The notes beneath the pieces are model-generated. The model did no database searches. It saw nothing but the letters and a program-made list of their open reading frames with translations, and had not been told where the DNA came from. From Candidatus Omnitrophota bacterium (GTDB lineage: Bacteria; Omnitrophota; Gorgyraeia; JABMRG01), in assembly GCA_028716165.1 (NCBI GenBank), contig JAQUQI010000004.1, positions 18,715-82,714 of the forward strand: a stretch of DNA of 64,000 bases. The letters run 5' to 3'. Made by a program: the position numbers and the translations under genes. Shown one piece after another: positions 47,189-57,499 of the stretch (position 1 is the first letter of the stretch; each line of letters starts with the position of its first letter).

Positions 47189-49726
47189 ATGCCGAAGAAA
47201 GAAAAACATTCCAGGGCTGCAAAGAAAAAAACTATAAAACATAAAAAAAACATGAAAAAACCATCCAAGAAAAAGCAGGCGGGAATTGTCAAAAAAAATA
47301 CAGGCAAATCCCTGCCGGCGCCAAAAAAAACGAAGAAAGAAAAGCCCATGGCAAAGCTGTTGCTGCCGTTAGGACGCATAAAAGAAATATTCCGCACCAG
47401 ATACGGGTTCTTTTTATTTGATGGGTCAGAATTTGTGGTCAATACGCCCGAAACTCCGGCCCCCTGGTCAAACATACTTACTAACGGCGACTATGGGATG
47501 ATGATATCCCAATCAGGCTGTGGCATGAGTTTTCAGGCAGGCCTTTCCAACAGGATAACAAGATGGCGCCAGGATAATATCAGCGAAAATTTCGGAAAAT
47601 TCATTTATATAAGGGATAACCAAAGCCAGGATTACTGGTCTGCCGCGTGGAAGCCGGTGTGCAAAAATCCGGAATTCTACGAAGTAAGGCACGGAATAGG
47701 TTATACTAATATCAGTTCAAAAAATAATGGTATAATTTCAAGCCTTATTTATTACGTAAGTCCGGATGAGCCTGTTGAGGTATGGCAAATGAGGATAAAG
47801 AATGTGACGCAACAGGTGCGGTTTTTGAGCGTGTTCAGTTATCTGGAATGGGATTTTGGCGCTCCTTCGGGCAATAGAGAGTATGATAAATTTTTTGTAG
47901 ATACGATATATGACGAGGCCCTTTCGGCCGTATTGGCAAAGGCCCCTAACGGCGAATACGCTTTTCATTCGGTAAACGGCAAGGTCCAGACGTTTACCTG
48001 CGGCAGAGATTTTTTTCTCGGCTCTTATAGGGATGTGTCAAGGCCAAGATGTGTGGAAAAAGGCATGTGTTTTAATGAACAGGGCCGTTATAATGATCCC
48101 GCAGCTTCATTGCACATGGAGATAGAGCTTGCCCCTAACGGGGAAGAAGAGTTTATATTTACTCTGGGCAAATGCGCCCAAAGGGCGGACGCGGAGAGGA
48201 TTATAAAAAAATATAAAAATATCAAAAATGTTGAAGAAGAATTTTCAAGAATGGGGCACAGGTGGACTGTAAGGTTTTCAAGCCTTAATATAACCACGCC
48301 TGATGAAGGCGCGAACATATTGACGAACAAATGGTTCAGGTATCAGTCTATATCCGCGGGTTTGTCAGCCTCGGGGTCGGTATATAATCCTTCCGGCAGG
48401 GCCTTATTCAAAGACAATATCATAAACGGATTGACCCTGCTTTCCGTTCATCCGAAGTACCTGCGTCAGCTTCTGCTGGATTGCGCTGAAATGCAATTTG
48501 AGAACGGTTCTGTTGTAGGCAGTTGGGACATTAGGAGCCGCAAGGGAACAAGATCGGATTCTGTTGAGGCGCCTCTCTGGTTGGCGTATGCCGTGTGCGA
48601 ATATATAAAAGAGACAAATGAGATATCTTTTCTTGATGAAGATGCCAAATTTCAGGACAGCCCTAAAAAAAGTATTTTTACCCATTGCAGAATCGCGGTT
48701 GAAAGGGCGTTGGAGTCATCAAGCAAGCGGGGGCTTTTTCCGATATATCCCGGAGACCATATGGATGCTCTGGATTCCATATCTGATTCGGGCAGATGCG
48801 AATCAGTCTGGCTTGCCCAGTTTTTAATATACCTGTTACCCCAGTTTATACAGTTATGCCGGGCAAAAAAAGAACGGCAATTGGCCTCTGATTATGAAAT
48901 CAGGCATAAAAGGCTGGTTGAAAAAATAAGAAAGTCTTTTTTTGATAAGGACAGATTTATCGGCGCTGTTTCCGCCAGCGGAGAAGGGATAGGGGTTTCA
49001 AAAGGCAAAGATGCCCGGCTTTTTCTTGACACGCAGACATGGGCCGTGATATCAGGGTTGTGCCTGTCGCCGGATGACGCCGCTTCTATTATGGGCACGG
49101 CAAAAGACCAACTTTACAAAGACCATGGCCCTGTAACAGTATCTCCGTGTTATAAGGAATATGATAAAGAGTCGGGTACAATCAGCAGGCTGCCCGGTTC
49201 TTTAATGCAGAACGGCGGGGTCAGCATAGAATCGTCGTGCTGGGCCATTTGGGCCGAGACTCTTCTTGGCAACGGCAATAACGCCTGGAACATATATACC
49301 AAGATAGACCCTGTTGACAGATCGCATAGGTCTGATATATACAAGCTTGAGCCTTTTGTTTCGTGTGAATATATTGACGGCCCCAAAGCGCGCACAAGCG
49401 GCAGGGCAGAGAATTCATGGTATAACAGAGGCGGATATTGGATGTTCAAGGTCATGGTTGAGCAAATACTTGGCATAAGGCCTGTGCCCGAGGGCCTGCT
49501 GATATCCCCATGCATACCTAACAGATGGAAACTTTTCAAGGTAAAACGGACATTCCGTAATGCCTATTATACGATAGAGGTTTTAAACCCCAGGTATATG
49601 TCATCGGGAATAGCAGAGGTTACCGTGGATGGCAAAAAGCAGAAGTCTAATATAATCGCTGCTTTTGGTGATGAAAAACGCCATCACGTTAGAATTGTTA
49701 TGGGCAAGCCCGCAGCTATTAAATAA
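47189..49726 (+). CDS. GH94-family glycoside phosphorylase (cellobiose/cellodextrin/chitobiose phosphorylase-like) with a lysine-rich N-terminal extension
   Basis: Core aligns along its length with cellobiose phosphorylases (TPETPAPWSNILTNGDYGMMISQSGCGMSF..., C-terminal KLEPFV...NSWYNRGGYW). The ATG at 47189 is preceded by GGGAGG with a 4-nt spacer, so the K-rich first ~55 residues appear to be translated. Confidence 0.8.
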   Translation: MPKKEKHSRAAKKKTIKHKKNMKKPSKKKQAGIVKKNTGKSLPAPKKTKKEKPMAKLLLPLGRIKEIFRTRYGFFLFDGSEFVVNTPETPAPWSNILTNGDYGMMISQSGCGMSFQAGLSNRITRWRQDNISENFGKFIYIRDNQSQDYWSAAWKPVCKNPEFYEVRHGIGYTNISSKNNGIISSLIYYVSPDEPVEVWQMRIKNVTQQVRFLSVFSYLEWDFGAPSGNREYDKFFVDTIYDEALSAVLAKAPNGEYAFHSVNGKVQTFTCGRDFFLGSYRDVSRPRCVEKGMCFNEQGRYNDPAASLHMEIELAPNGEEEFIFTLGKCAQRADAERIIKKYKNIKNVEEEFSRMGHRWTVRFSSLNITTPDEGANILTNKWFRYQSISAGLSASGSVYNPSGRALFKDNIINGLTLLSVHPKYLRQLLLDCAEMQFENGSVVGSWDIRSRKGTRSDSVEAPLWLAYAVCEYIKETNEISFLDEDAKFQDSPKKSIFTHCRIAVERALESSSKRGLFPIYPGDHMDALDSISDSGRCESVWLAQFLIYLLPQFIQLCRAKKERQLASDYEIRHKRLVEKIRKSFFDKDRFIGAVSASGEGIGVSKGKDARLFLDTQTWAVISGLCLSPDDAASIMGTAKDQLYKDHGPVTVSPCYKEYDKESGTISRLPGSLMQNGGVSIESSCWAIWAETLLGNGNNAWNIYTKIDPVDRSHRSDIYKLEPFVSCEYIDGPKARTSGRAENSWYNRGGYWMFKVMVEQILGIRPVPEGLLISPCIPNRWKLFKVKRTFRNAYYTIEVLNPRYMSSGIAEVTVDGKKQKSNIIAAFGDEKRHHVRIVMGKPAAIK

Positions 49727-49782
49727 ACCTGCCCGCATTGCTGACACCGGTTAGGTGTATCTGGTATTAGCTATTCTTAAGC

Positions 49783-50529
49783 ATGCCTAAAATATATCCA
49801 TACAATCAGTATCAGCCTCGCATATATAGGAACAGGATCGCCTCTGACGATCTTGTGAATTTTAGGGTTGCGATAGACGAAACCGATGTTTTTATCAGCG
49901 CTTGTCAAGATCTGTCGGAAGAGGCGGTTGACATTATTATTGGGCTTCGCTCGGACATTAAAAAATACATACAGGCTAATAATATATTTGCCACGTCATT
50001 AAAACCTGTTTTGTGCGGTAAAGATGCCCCCGCTGTTATAAAAAATATGGTAAAAGCTTCATGGCATTGCGGCGTAGGCCCCATGGCCTCGGTAGCGGGA
50101 GCGGTGGCAGAGACCGCGGGTAAAAGGCTTTTGCGTTTAAGCTGTCAGGTTATTGTAGAAAATGGCGGAGATATTTTTATGCTGTCGTCAAAAAGCCGGA
50201 CAATAGGAATATATGCCGGGCCCGCGTCAGCTTTTAAAGATAAATTAGTTATCAGGATAGAACCTGAAGATACCCCGTGCGGTATATGCACATCCAGCGC
50301 GACCGTAGGGCATAGCTTGAGTTTTGGCAAAGCGGACGCGGTCGTCGTGGTATCGCCTTCGGCATCCCTGGCTGACGCCTGCGCCACGGCCTTGTGCAAT
50401 AAGGTCAAGTCGGAAAAAGATATCGGCAGTGTTATAAGATACGGCAAGTCGCTAAAGGGTATTACAGGCATACTGATCGTCATAAACGACAAATTAGGCG
50501 CCTGGGGCAATATAAGACTTGCGCACTAG
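49783..50529 (+). CDS. UPF0280 / ApbE-superfamily protein (COG2122-like)
   Basis: 248 aa with GPMASVAGAVAE and Cys-containing segments (CGICTSSATVGHS, ADACATALCN) reminiscent of the UPF0280 family; assignment from memory of the family signature. Confidence 0.55.
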   Translation: MPKIYPYNQYQPRIYRNRIASDDLVNFRVAIDETDVFISACQDLSEEAVDIIIGLRSDIKKYIQANNIFATSLKPVLCGKDAPAVIKNMVKASWHCGVGPMASVAGAVAETAGKRLLRLSCQVIVENGGDIFMLSSKSRTIGIYAGPASAFKDKLVIRIEPEDTPCGICTSSATVGHSLSFGKADAVVVVSPSASLADACATALCNKVKSEKDIGSVIRYGKSLKGITGILIVINDKLGAWGNIRLAH

Positions 50530-50716
50530 CTCTGTAAGCGGCGCGGCTTGAGCTTCGGGCTATTTGTCCGGACGTTTAAGTGTTCTTGATAATGCTTTAC
50601 CGGGAATAGGCGTTTATTTTTTGCCAGAGTAAATTACTTGCTATTTACCCGTATTTTGCTATAATAAATTAGACGTGTAAATTTAAAAATAACTTTTTTA
50701 AAAAAAAGCGAAAAAA

Positions 50717-51124
50717 ATGAAAAAGAAAAGGATAGTTTTATATTTTCCGCCTCAACTTATAGACAAGCCTATTGCCTACCATCTCGTCAAAGATTATAAT
50801 CTGGTTTTCAACATATTGCAGGCAAAGATTACGCCGAATGAAAACGGGCGCATGGTACTTGAACTTAGCGGCAAAGACAAGGAGTATGCCCAGGGGATTA
50901 AATTTTTGCAGGAACAAGGGATTAAAATTGAAACATTGAGCAGGGATGTGCGCAGAAACGACAAGAGATGCACCCATTGCGGCGCCTGCGTTGCGGTATG
51001 CCCGACAGGAGCGCTTTATGTGGACAGAAACACCATGGAAGTGATATTTGATATTGAAAAATGTATAGCCTGCGAATTATGCGTTTCCGCGTGTCCGCCC
51101 CGCGCCATGCAGACAACCCTTTAA
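50717..51124 (+). CDS. NIL-domain / 4Fe-4S ferredoxin fusion protein
   Basis: N-terminal NIL-like domain (LVFNILQAKITPNENGRMVLELSG) fused to two CxxCxxCxxxCP ferredoxin motifs (CTHCGACVAVCP, CIACELCVSACP). Confidence 0.7.
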   Translation: MKKKRIVLYFPPQLIDKPIAYHLVKDYNLVFNILQAKITPNENGRMVLELSGKDKEYAQGIKFLQEQGIKIETLSRDVRRNDKRCTHCGACVAVCPTGALYVDRNTMEVIFDIEKCIACELCVSACPPRAMQTTL

Positions 51125-51143
51125 GCGTTTTTTAAAAAAGCAT

Positions 51144-51866
51144 ATGGATAAGAGACCTAAGAAAAGAAAGCCCAAAAGCCTGTCTTACAAGAAACAGATA
51201 GAGACTATTTCCAGGATCAGCGAAGCGATAGCGTCTAATCTGTATCTTGAAGATATCCTTAAGCTCATAGTAACCGTAACGGCCGAGGTGATGAGCTCAA
51301 AGATATGTTCGCTCTTGCTTATAGACGAGGAAAAAGGCAAATTGTCCGTTAAGGCAACCCAGTCGGTAAGCGAGGCGTATAACAAAAAGCCCGACCTGTC
51401 TTTAGGCGAAGGCATAGCAGGTAAAGTGGCGCTTTCGGGTGTGCCTGTTATCTCAAGGGATGTGAGAAATGACCCCAGATACAATAATGTGGAGATAGCC
51501 AAGAAAGAAGGCCTTTGTTCGCTTTTATGTGTCCCGCTTAAGGTAAAAAATAAGATAATAGGTGTTTTAAATTTATATACTTCGCAGGAGCATGATTTTA
51601 CCGAGTCGGAGATAAGGATACTTGCCACTGTTGCCAGCCAGGCGGCCGTGGTAATAGAAAATTCACAGCTTTTGATAAAAACTAAGATCATCCAGGAGGA
51701 GCTTGCCTCGCGTAAGGCAATTGAGCGGGCAAAGGGAATATTAATGAAAACACAGGCCTGCAGCGAAGACGAAGCGTTTTCCAGGATACAAAAACTGGCG
51801 ATGAATACGCGCCGGCCGATGCGGGATATAGCTGAGGCAATTATTCTGGCGCAAAGGGTCGGATAA
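51144..51866 (+). CDS. GAF-ANTAR RNA-binding antitermination-type regulator
   Basis: GAF domain (residues ~25-170) followed by a C-terminal ANTAR-like helix bundle (LASRKAIERAKGILM...EAFSRIQKLAMNTRRPMRDIAEAII). Confidence 0.7.
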   Translation: MDKRPKKRKPKSLSYKKQIETISRISEAIASNLYLEDILKLIVTVTAEVMSSKICSLLLIDEEKGKLSVKATQSVSEAYNKKPDLSLGEGIAGKVALSGVPVISRDVRNDPRYNNVEIAKKEGLCSLLCVPLKVKNKIIGVLNLYTSQEHDFTESEIRILATVASQAAVVIENSQLLIKTKIIQEELASRKAIERAKGILMKTQACSEDEAFSRIQKLAMNTRRPMRDIAEAIILAQRVG

Positions 51867-51955
51867 AACGAACGCGGGTTCACAGGCACGTATGGATGGT
51901 TGGGGCGTATTCCAAGGCATTTATGCTTTAAGGATATGCCCCTTTTTGGCAGAAT

Positions 51956-53827
51956 ATGACGCGATACGATATAATTGTTATAGGTGCCGGCCATGCCGGC
52001 GCAGAGGCGGCCTTGGTATGCGCGCGCATGGGGCATAAAAGCCTTTTGCTTACAATGAACAAGGCCAGGATGGCCTATATGCCGTGCAATCCTTCCATAG
52101 GAGGCGTTGGCAAAGGACAGCTTGTTAAGGAAATAGACGCTCTGGGAGGCGAGATGGCAAAAGCGGCTGATTTTGCCGGCATCCATTTTAAAATCTTGAA
52201 TAAAAGCCACGGGCCCGCCGTGTGGTCTTCCAGGGTTCAGGTTGACAGGCACAGGTATTCTGAATACATGAGCGGTAAGCTTTGTTCAGAAAAAAACCTT
52301 ATTATAATAGAGGATGAGGCATGCGCTCTTTCATTTGACGGCGGCAAAACATGCCTGGTACGGACTGCCTGTTCCGGGTCAATTTCTGCCGGCGCAGTCA
52401 TCCTGACTCCGGGGACATTTTTAAACGGTATTATACATATCGGCCTTGACCATGAAGCAGGCGGATGCTATAAGGAACCGGCATCAATAGAATTAAGCCT
52501 GTCATTAAAGAAGCTTGGCCTTGAGATAGCAACGCTTAAAACAGGAACAACTCCGCGCGTCAAAAAAGACAGCATAGATTTTTCCGGACTGACGCCGCAA
52601 TATGGAGATGAGCAACCTGTTGCGTTTTCTTTTTCAACAAAGAACAGTCCTGTCAACAGGATTGTCTGCCACATGACCCATACCAATCAGAGGACGCATG
52701 ATATAATAAGAAAAAATCTGACTCGTTCACCGCTTTTTACCGGCATTATAAAATCTAAAGGGGTCAGGTATTGCCCGTCCATTGAGGACAAGGTGGTCAA
52801 ATTTCCGCAGAGGTCGTCACACCACGTGTTTTTGGAACCGGAAGGCCTTGACACGGATTGGTATTATCCAAACGGTTTATCAACAAGCCTGCCGCTTGAT
52901 GTTCAGGAGGATATTTTGCATTCTATAAAGGGTCTGGAAGCGGCAAAAATTGTGATGCCCGGTTATGGCATAGAATATGAATTTGTCCAGCCCACGGAAC
53001 TTATGCCGACTTTACAGGTAAAAAAAATGCCGAATCTTTTTCTGGCAGGCCAGATAAACGGTACCACCGGTTATGAAGAGGCTGCTGCCCAGGGGCTTAT
53101 GGCCGGGATAAATGCCGTTCTTAAAATAGAGAATAAAAGCCCGTTGATACTGTCAAGGCAAGAGAGTTATATAGGTGTTTTGATAGATGATCTGGTTACA
53201 AAAGGTACGGATGAACCTTATCGCATGTTTACGTCCAGGGCGGAATACAGGCTTTTACTGCGTGAAGACAACGCCGATGTGCGCCTTAGGCATTATGGCC
53301 ACAGGCTGGGCCTTGTCTTGCAACAGGAACTTGCCGAGTCGCAGGAAAAAGACAGGCTGATAAAAAACGCGGTGGATTGCCTCTCCCGCAAAAGGGTATT
53401 TCCCGGGGAGAGGATTAATGGTCTGCTGGAAGGACTTGGTATGCCGGAGCTTAAAAAACCGATATCAGCCTTGGAATTATTACGCCGTCCGCAGATAAGA
53501 TATTTTCATATAAAGGAACTTAATCTTTCGCCCGACGGCATTCCCCCGGCGCATGAAGCGGTAATAGAGACGGTAATAAAATACGAAGGTTTTATAAACA
53601 GGCAGCAGATATGCGTTAAAAAGATGCAAGATATTGAAAAGATAAATTTACCCTCTGAACTTGACTATATGAACATACCCGGGCTTTCCTCGGAAATTAT
53701 CCAGAAATTGCAAAGGATAAGGCCCGTTTCGCTCGGACAGGCGTCGCGTATATCAGGCATTACGCCTTCGGCAGTTATGATACTTATGGTATATTTAAAA
53801 AAGTATAAAGCCCGGAAATTAGCTTGA
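51956..53827 (+). CDS. mnmG: tRNA uridine 5-carboxymethylaminomethyl modification enzyme MnmG (GidA)
   Basis: YDIIVIGAGHAGAEAA FAD motif and full-length GidA architecture (623 aa). Confidence 0.95.
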   Translation: MTRYDIIVIGAGHAGAEAALVCARMGHKSLLLTMNKARMAYMPCNPSIGGVGKGQLVKEIDALGGEMAKAADFAGIHFKILNKSHGPAVWSSRVQVDRHRYSEYMSGKLCSEKNLIIIEDEACALSFDGGKTCLVRTACSGSISAGAVILTPGTFLNGIIHIGLDHEAGGCYKEPASIELSLSLKKLGLEIATLKTGTTPRVKKDSIDFSGLTPQYGDEQPVAFSFSTKNSPVNRIVCHMTHTNQRTHDIIRKNLTRSPLFTGIIKSKGVRYCPSIEDKVVKFPQRSSHHVFLEPEGLDTDWYYPNGLSTSLPLDVQEDILHSIKGLEAAKIVMPGYGIEYEFVQPTELMPTLQVKKMPNLFLAGQINGTTGYEEAAAQGLMAGINAVLKIENKSPLILSRQESYIGVLIDDLVTKGTDEPYRMFTSRAEYRLLLREDNADVRLRHYGHRLGLVLQQELAESQEKDRLIKNAVDCLSRKRVFPGERINGLLEGLGMPELKKPISALELLRRPQIRYFHIKELNLSPDGIPPAHEAVIETVIKYEGFINRQQICVKKMQDIEKINLPSELDYMNIPGLSSEIIQKLQRIRPVSLGQASRISGITPSAVMILMVYLKKYKARKLA

Positions 53828-53904
53828 TATTTTAGAGGGTTTCTGGTTTATCGTATACCGGGCGATTGCAAAAACCGCAGATCACCGCGATGCGGCGTAA
53901 TGTC

Positions 53905-53934
53905 TTGACACCGCGGCGCATATGTCTATATAAT
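53905..53934 (+). promoter_or_regulatory. Sigma70-like promoter candidate (TTGACA-18-TATAAT) upstream of yqeY-like gene
   Basis: TTGACA 53905-53910; TATAAT 53929-53934. Confidence 0.4.
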
Positions 53935-54024
53935 ATAAATTTAAGGCATATTTGACCGCGTTACGGAAAATATTTCGGATGTATTTTGTTTTAAAACAGT
54001 TTTTGTTATGCCAATGGAGGAAAT

Positions 54025-54474
54025 ATGCTTAAAGACAGGATAGATAGCGACTTGAAAAACGCCTTAAAAAACAGGGATGCCGCGACAGTGTCAACGTTAA
54101 GGTTCCTTAAATCCGCCATGCAGAACCTTTCTATTGAAAAAAGAAAAGAGCTTGATGATGAAGACGTCATATCCGTTATCAAGAGACAGATTAAACAGAG
54201 AAGGGATTCTATAGAGGGTTTTCGTCAGGGCAATCGCATGGATTTGGTGGAAAAAGAGCAATTGGAGATAAACATACTGTCCGTTTACCTGCCTAAATCG
54301 TTAAGTATGGAGGAGCTGCTGCTTATTGTCAAGGAATCTATGGCCGAAGTCAAGGCGGCTTCCGTTAAGGATATGGGTAATGTTATCAAGTGTGTGTTGT
54401 CTAAGACAAAAGGCGCCGCCGATGCCTCCATGGTAAGTTCCATTACAAAAGCGGAACTTTCAAAGATAGAGTGA
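54025..54474 (+). CDS. GatB/YqeY-domain protein
   Basis: 149 aa matching the YqeY family along its whole length (LKDRIDSDLKNALKNRD...TLRFLKSA...). Confidence 0.8.
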   Translation: MLKDRIDSDLKNALKNRDAATVSTLRFLKSAMQNLSIEKRKELDDEDVISVIKRQIKQRRDSIEGFRQGNRMDLVEKEQLEINILSVYLPKSLSMEELLLIVKESMAEVKAASVKDMGNVIKCVLSKTKGAADASMVSSITKAELSKIE

Positions 54475-54512
54475 GTCTTGATCGGCCAAGGTAACGGAGG
54501 GGACTGTTCATA

Positions 54513-55493
54513 ATGGCTGTTAATTTGCGTGATAAGGGTGTAAATCCGGTTTATTTTATATTGTGCTTGTTAATGCTGGCACTTTGGGTTAACGTGTCCG
54601 CAATCAGGGCAGGCCATAAGACCCTGGTCATGTTTTTGCCTTTTTTTGCCGGCCTGACGGCATTTTTATTCCAATCTCTCTGCGATAAAAAACCTATATT
54701 GTGGCTGTATTCCAAAAGTTATCCTTATAGAAAACTTAAGGCATACGGCTGGATAAGCTCTTTTTTGATGTTTGAATTTATCCTTGTATGGGGCATGCAT
54801 ACGGGGCAGATATCTTTTAACGGCTGGGACCCGGTTATTATAAACGTTTTGCTTGCAGGGGCCATAATCCATTACCATCTGTTTGTCAGGATGAAAATAA
54901 GCCTTAGGTTTTTGTTCCTTGGGATATTTGTTCCTCTGGCGGCAACCGGCTTGACGCTCGGCCTGGGCAGTTATTTTAAAGTATTGACGTTTGTCTTGCC
55001 CGGCGACAAAATTGGGAATATCGTTTTTACCAATTCCATGTATTGGGTGATTGTATCAATTTTTTTTCAGGCCGTATGCGAAGAGCCCGCATTTAGAGGC
55101 TATCTGATGCAAAAGTTTCTTTACAAGACAGAGGCGCACGCTATTATTATTTCTTCGGTTTGTTACGCGTTATGGCGCACGTCATTTAGCCTGTTTGACG
55201 GAAACGGTATGGATGAGATAATAATATTGTTTATAGGTAATTTTATTACAGGTTCTATCTTCGCGGTTCTGTTTCTTAAGAGCAGGAATTTGCTGGCGCC
55301 TATTATATGCCATGGTATCGTAAACGGGATATGGAGGAGTTTTTTTGCTTTTGAAAACAATCCCGGCATAGGGCAATATATAGAGTTTGTCTCGCCGAAG
55401 GCGATTTTTCAGTTTACGATACTCTGGTATGCGTGTCTTTTGATCGGCCTGTTGCTGTTGCTGTCCATACCCCGTAAGAAAATTTTTACTTAA
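54513..55493 (+). CDS. CPBP-family intramembrane metalloprotease (CAAX protease-like)
   Basis: Polytopic membrane protein with EEPAFRGYLMQ (EExxxR motif) and a downstream His-containing helix (CHGIVNG). Confidence 0.7.
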   Translation: MAVNLRDKGVNPVYFILCLLMLALWVNVSAIRAGHKTLVMFLPFFAGLTAFLFQSLCDKKPILWLYSKSYPYRKLKAYGWISSFLMFEFILVWGMHTGQISFNGWDPVIINVLLAGAIIHYHLFVRMKISLRFLFLGIFVPLAATGLTLGLGSYFKVLTFVLPGDKIGNIVFTNSMYWVIVSIFFQAVCEEPAFRGYLMQKFLYKTEAHAIIISSVCYALWRTSFSLFDGNGMDEIIILFIGNFITGSIFAVLFLKSRNLLAPIICHGIVNGIWRSFFAFENNPGIGQYIEFVSPKAIFQFTILWYACLLIGLLLLLSIPRKKIFT

Positions 55494-55723
55494 GGTCATT
55501 TTTTTGTTTTTTCCTGCTGCGTAAGCCTGTTTTTAAAATGAAATAGTCCGCTTTGTCTATTGGCCCGGTAACAAAAAATATATCTTGGCCTTGATCGGAT
55601 ATACCCGCGTCCGGTCATTTTCCGAACGTTGTGATTTTACTAATATTTTTACCGGATGCATATTTTTGATTGCGTGAATATATATATTATTGTATGATAA
55701 TATGATTCTTTTTGGAGGCTTAA

Positions 55724-57499
55724 ATGGTTAAGCATAAAATGCTGAATAATTGGGTCAAAGAATGCGTGAAGTTATGTAAGCCGGATACGATTGTTTGGGT
55801 TGACGGTTCGGAACGGATGAAAAAAGAGCTTGAAGACCAGGCGGTGGCGTCAGGAGAGTTTATCCGGCTTAACCAAAAAAAATTACCCGGCTGTCTTTTG
55901 CACAGGACTGCTTTAGACGATGTCGCGCGCACCGAAAACCTTACGTTTATTTGCACTTCTACCCGTAAAGCGGCAGGCCCTACGAACAACTGGATGCCGC
56001 CTGATGAGGCCTACGCAAAAGCGTCAAAGATATTATCCGGTTCCATGAAAGGGCGCGCTATGTATATAATCCCCTTTTCAATGGGCCCTATCGGTTCGGA
56101 ATTCAGTAAAATAGGTATTGAGATAACTGACAGTATATACGTTGTCCTCAATATGTATATTATGACCAGGGTAGGCGATAAGGTTTTGGAACAGCTGGGA
56201 GAGAGCGGGGTATTTACAAAATGCCTGCACGGTAAAGCGGACTTGGACATTAAGCGCCGCATGATACTGCATATACCGCAGGATAATGCCATATGGAGCG
56301 TTGGCTCGGGCTATGGCGGTAACGTATTATTAGGCAAAAAATGCCTGTCTCTTCGTATAGCCAGCTATCAGGCCCAAAAGGAGGGTTGGTTGGCGGAACA
56401 CATGCTAATAATGGGGATTGAACAACCGAATGGCCGCATAGATTATATAGCGGCCGCGTTTCCCAGCGCTTGCGGCAAAACAAATCTCGCTATGCTTGTC
56501 CCCTCGGATGGAATGAAGAAAAAGGGGTATAAGGTATGGACGGTGGGTGATGATATCGCCTGGATGAGGGTGGATTCGGACGGACGCCTTTGGGCGATAA
56601 ACCCTGAATGGGGTTTTTTTGGGGTCGCTCCCGGTACTAACAGGAAGACAAATCCCAACGCGGTTGAGACAATAAGCAAGAATACTATATTTACGAACGT
56701 GCTTTTAAGAAACGATAATACTGTCTGGTGGGAGGATGGCGATGACCCGGAGCCGAAGGAAGGCATAGACTGGAGAGGTTTTCCGTGGCATCCGGGCATG
56801 CTTGATGATGAAGGCAATGTGTTAAAAGGCGCCCATGCTAACAGCAGATTTACGGCGCCGGCTATTCAATGCCCATCCATATCATACCGCTTGGAACAGC
56901 ACCATGGTGTGCCCATATCAGCTATTATATTTGGCGGCCGAAGGGCGCAGGTAGCCCCTCTCGTATATGAATCGTTTGATTGGCAGCATGGCGTATATTT
57001 AGGCGCTACCATGGCATCGGAACGCACGGCCGCCCAATACGGCAAACAAGGCGAGGTAAGGCGCGATCCTATGGCAATGCTGCCATTCTGCGGTTATAAT
57101 ATGTCAAAATATTTTAAGCATTGGCTTGATATGGGGAAAAAGATGGCAAAACCTCCGAGGATATTTCACGCTAATTGGTTCAGGCGGGACAACAAAGGTA
57201 ATTTTATCTGGCCTGGTTATGGAGAAAATTTGCGTGTTCTGGAGTGGATACTTAATAGGTGTAATGGTAATGCGAAGGCTAAGAAAAGCCCTATAGGATA
57301 TTTACCGTATGCCAAAGACTTGGATATATCGGGGCTTAAACTCAAAGACGGCGCCATCAAAGAGCTGTTTGAAATAAATCCGCTTCAATGGAAGCAGGAG
57401 CTGGAATCCCAGAAAGATTTTTTAGACGCTTTTGGCAGAGACCTGCCCAAGGAGCTTTTGAAAGAGCACGCCGCGCTTAAAAAACGGCTTGATTTTTAA
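55724..57499 (+). CDS. pckG: Phosphoenolpyruvate carboxykinase (GTP)
   Basis: Kinase-1a P-loop FPSACGKTNLAML and full-length GTP-PEPCK architecture (591 aa). Confidence 0.9.
   Translation: MVKHKMLNNWVKECVKLCKPDTIVWVDGSERMKKELEDQAVASGEFIRLNQKKLPGCLLHRTALDDVARTENLTFICTSTRKAAGPTNNWMPPDEAYAKASKILSGSMKGRAMYIIPFSMGPIGSEFSKIGIEITDSIYVVLNMYIMTRVGDKVLEQLGESGVFTKCLHGKADLDIKRRMILHIPQDNAIWSVGSGYGGNVLLGKKCLSLRIASYQAQKEGWLAEHMLIMGIEQPNGRIDYIAAAFPSACGKTNLAMLVPSDGMKKKGYKVWTVGDDIAWMRVDSDGRLWAINPEWGFFGVAPGTNRKTNPNAVETISKNTIFTNVLLRNDNTVWWEDGDDPEPKEGIDWRGFPWHPGMLDDEGNVLKGAHANSRFTAPAIQCPSISYRLEQHHGVPISAIIFGGRRAQVAPLVYESFDWQHGVYLGATMASERTAAQYGKQGEVRRDPMAMLPFCGYNMSKYFKHWLDMGKKMAKPPRIFHANWFRRDNKGNFIWPGYGENLRVLEWILNRCNGNAKAKKSPIGYLPYAKDLDISGLKLKDGAIKELFEINPLQWKQELESQKDFLDAFGRDLPKELLKEHAALKKRLDF

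Noticed and set aside
51185-52252. 355-aa minus-strand ORF spanning the GAF-ANTAR gene and the start of mnmG
   Set aside because: It is antisense to two well-supported + strand genes with clear family signatures. Its translation is low-complexity (Ser/Leu/Ala/Ile-rich) with no recognisable motif, consistent with a chance open frame opposite GC-balanced coding DNA.
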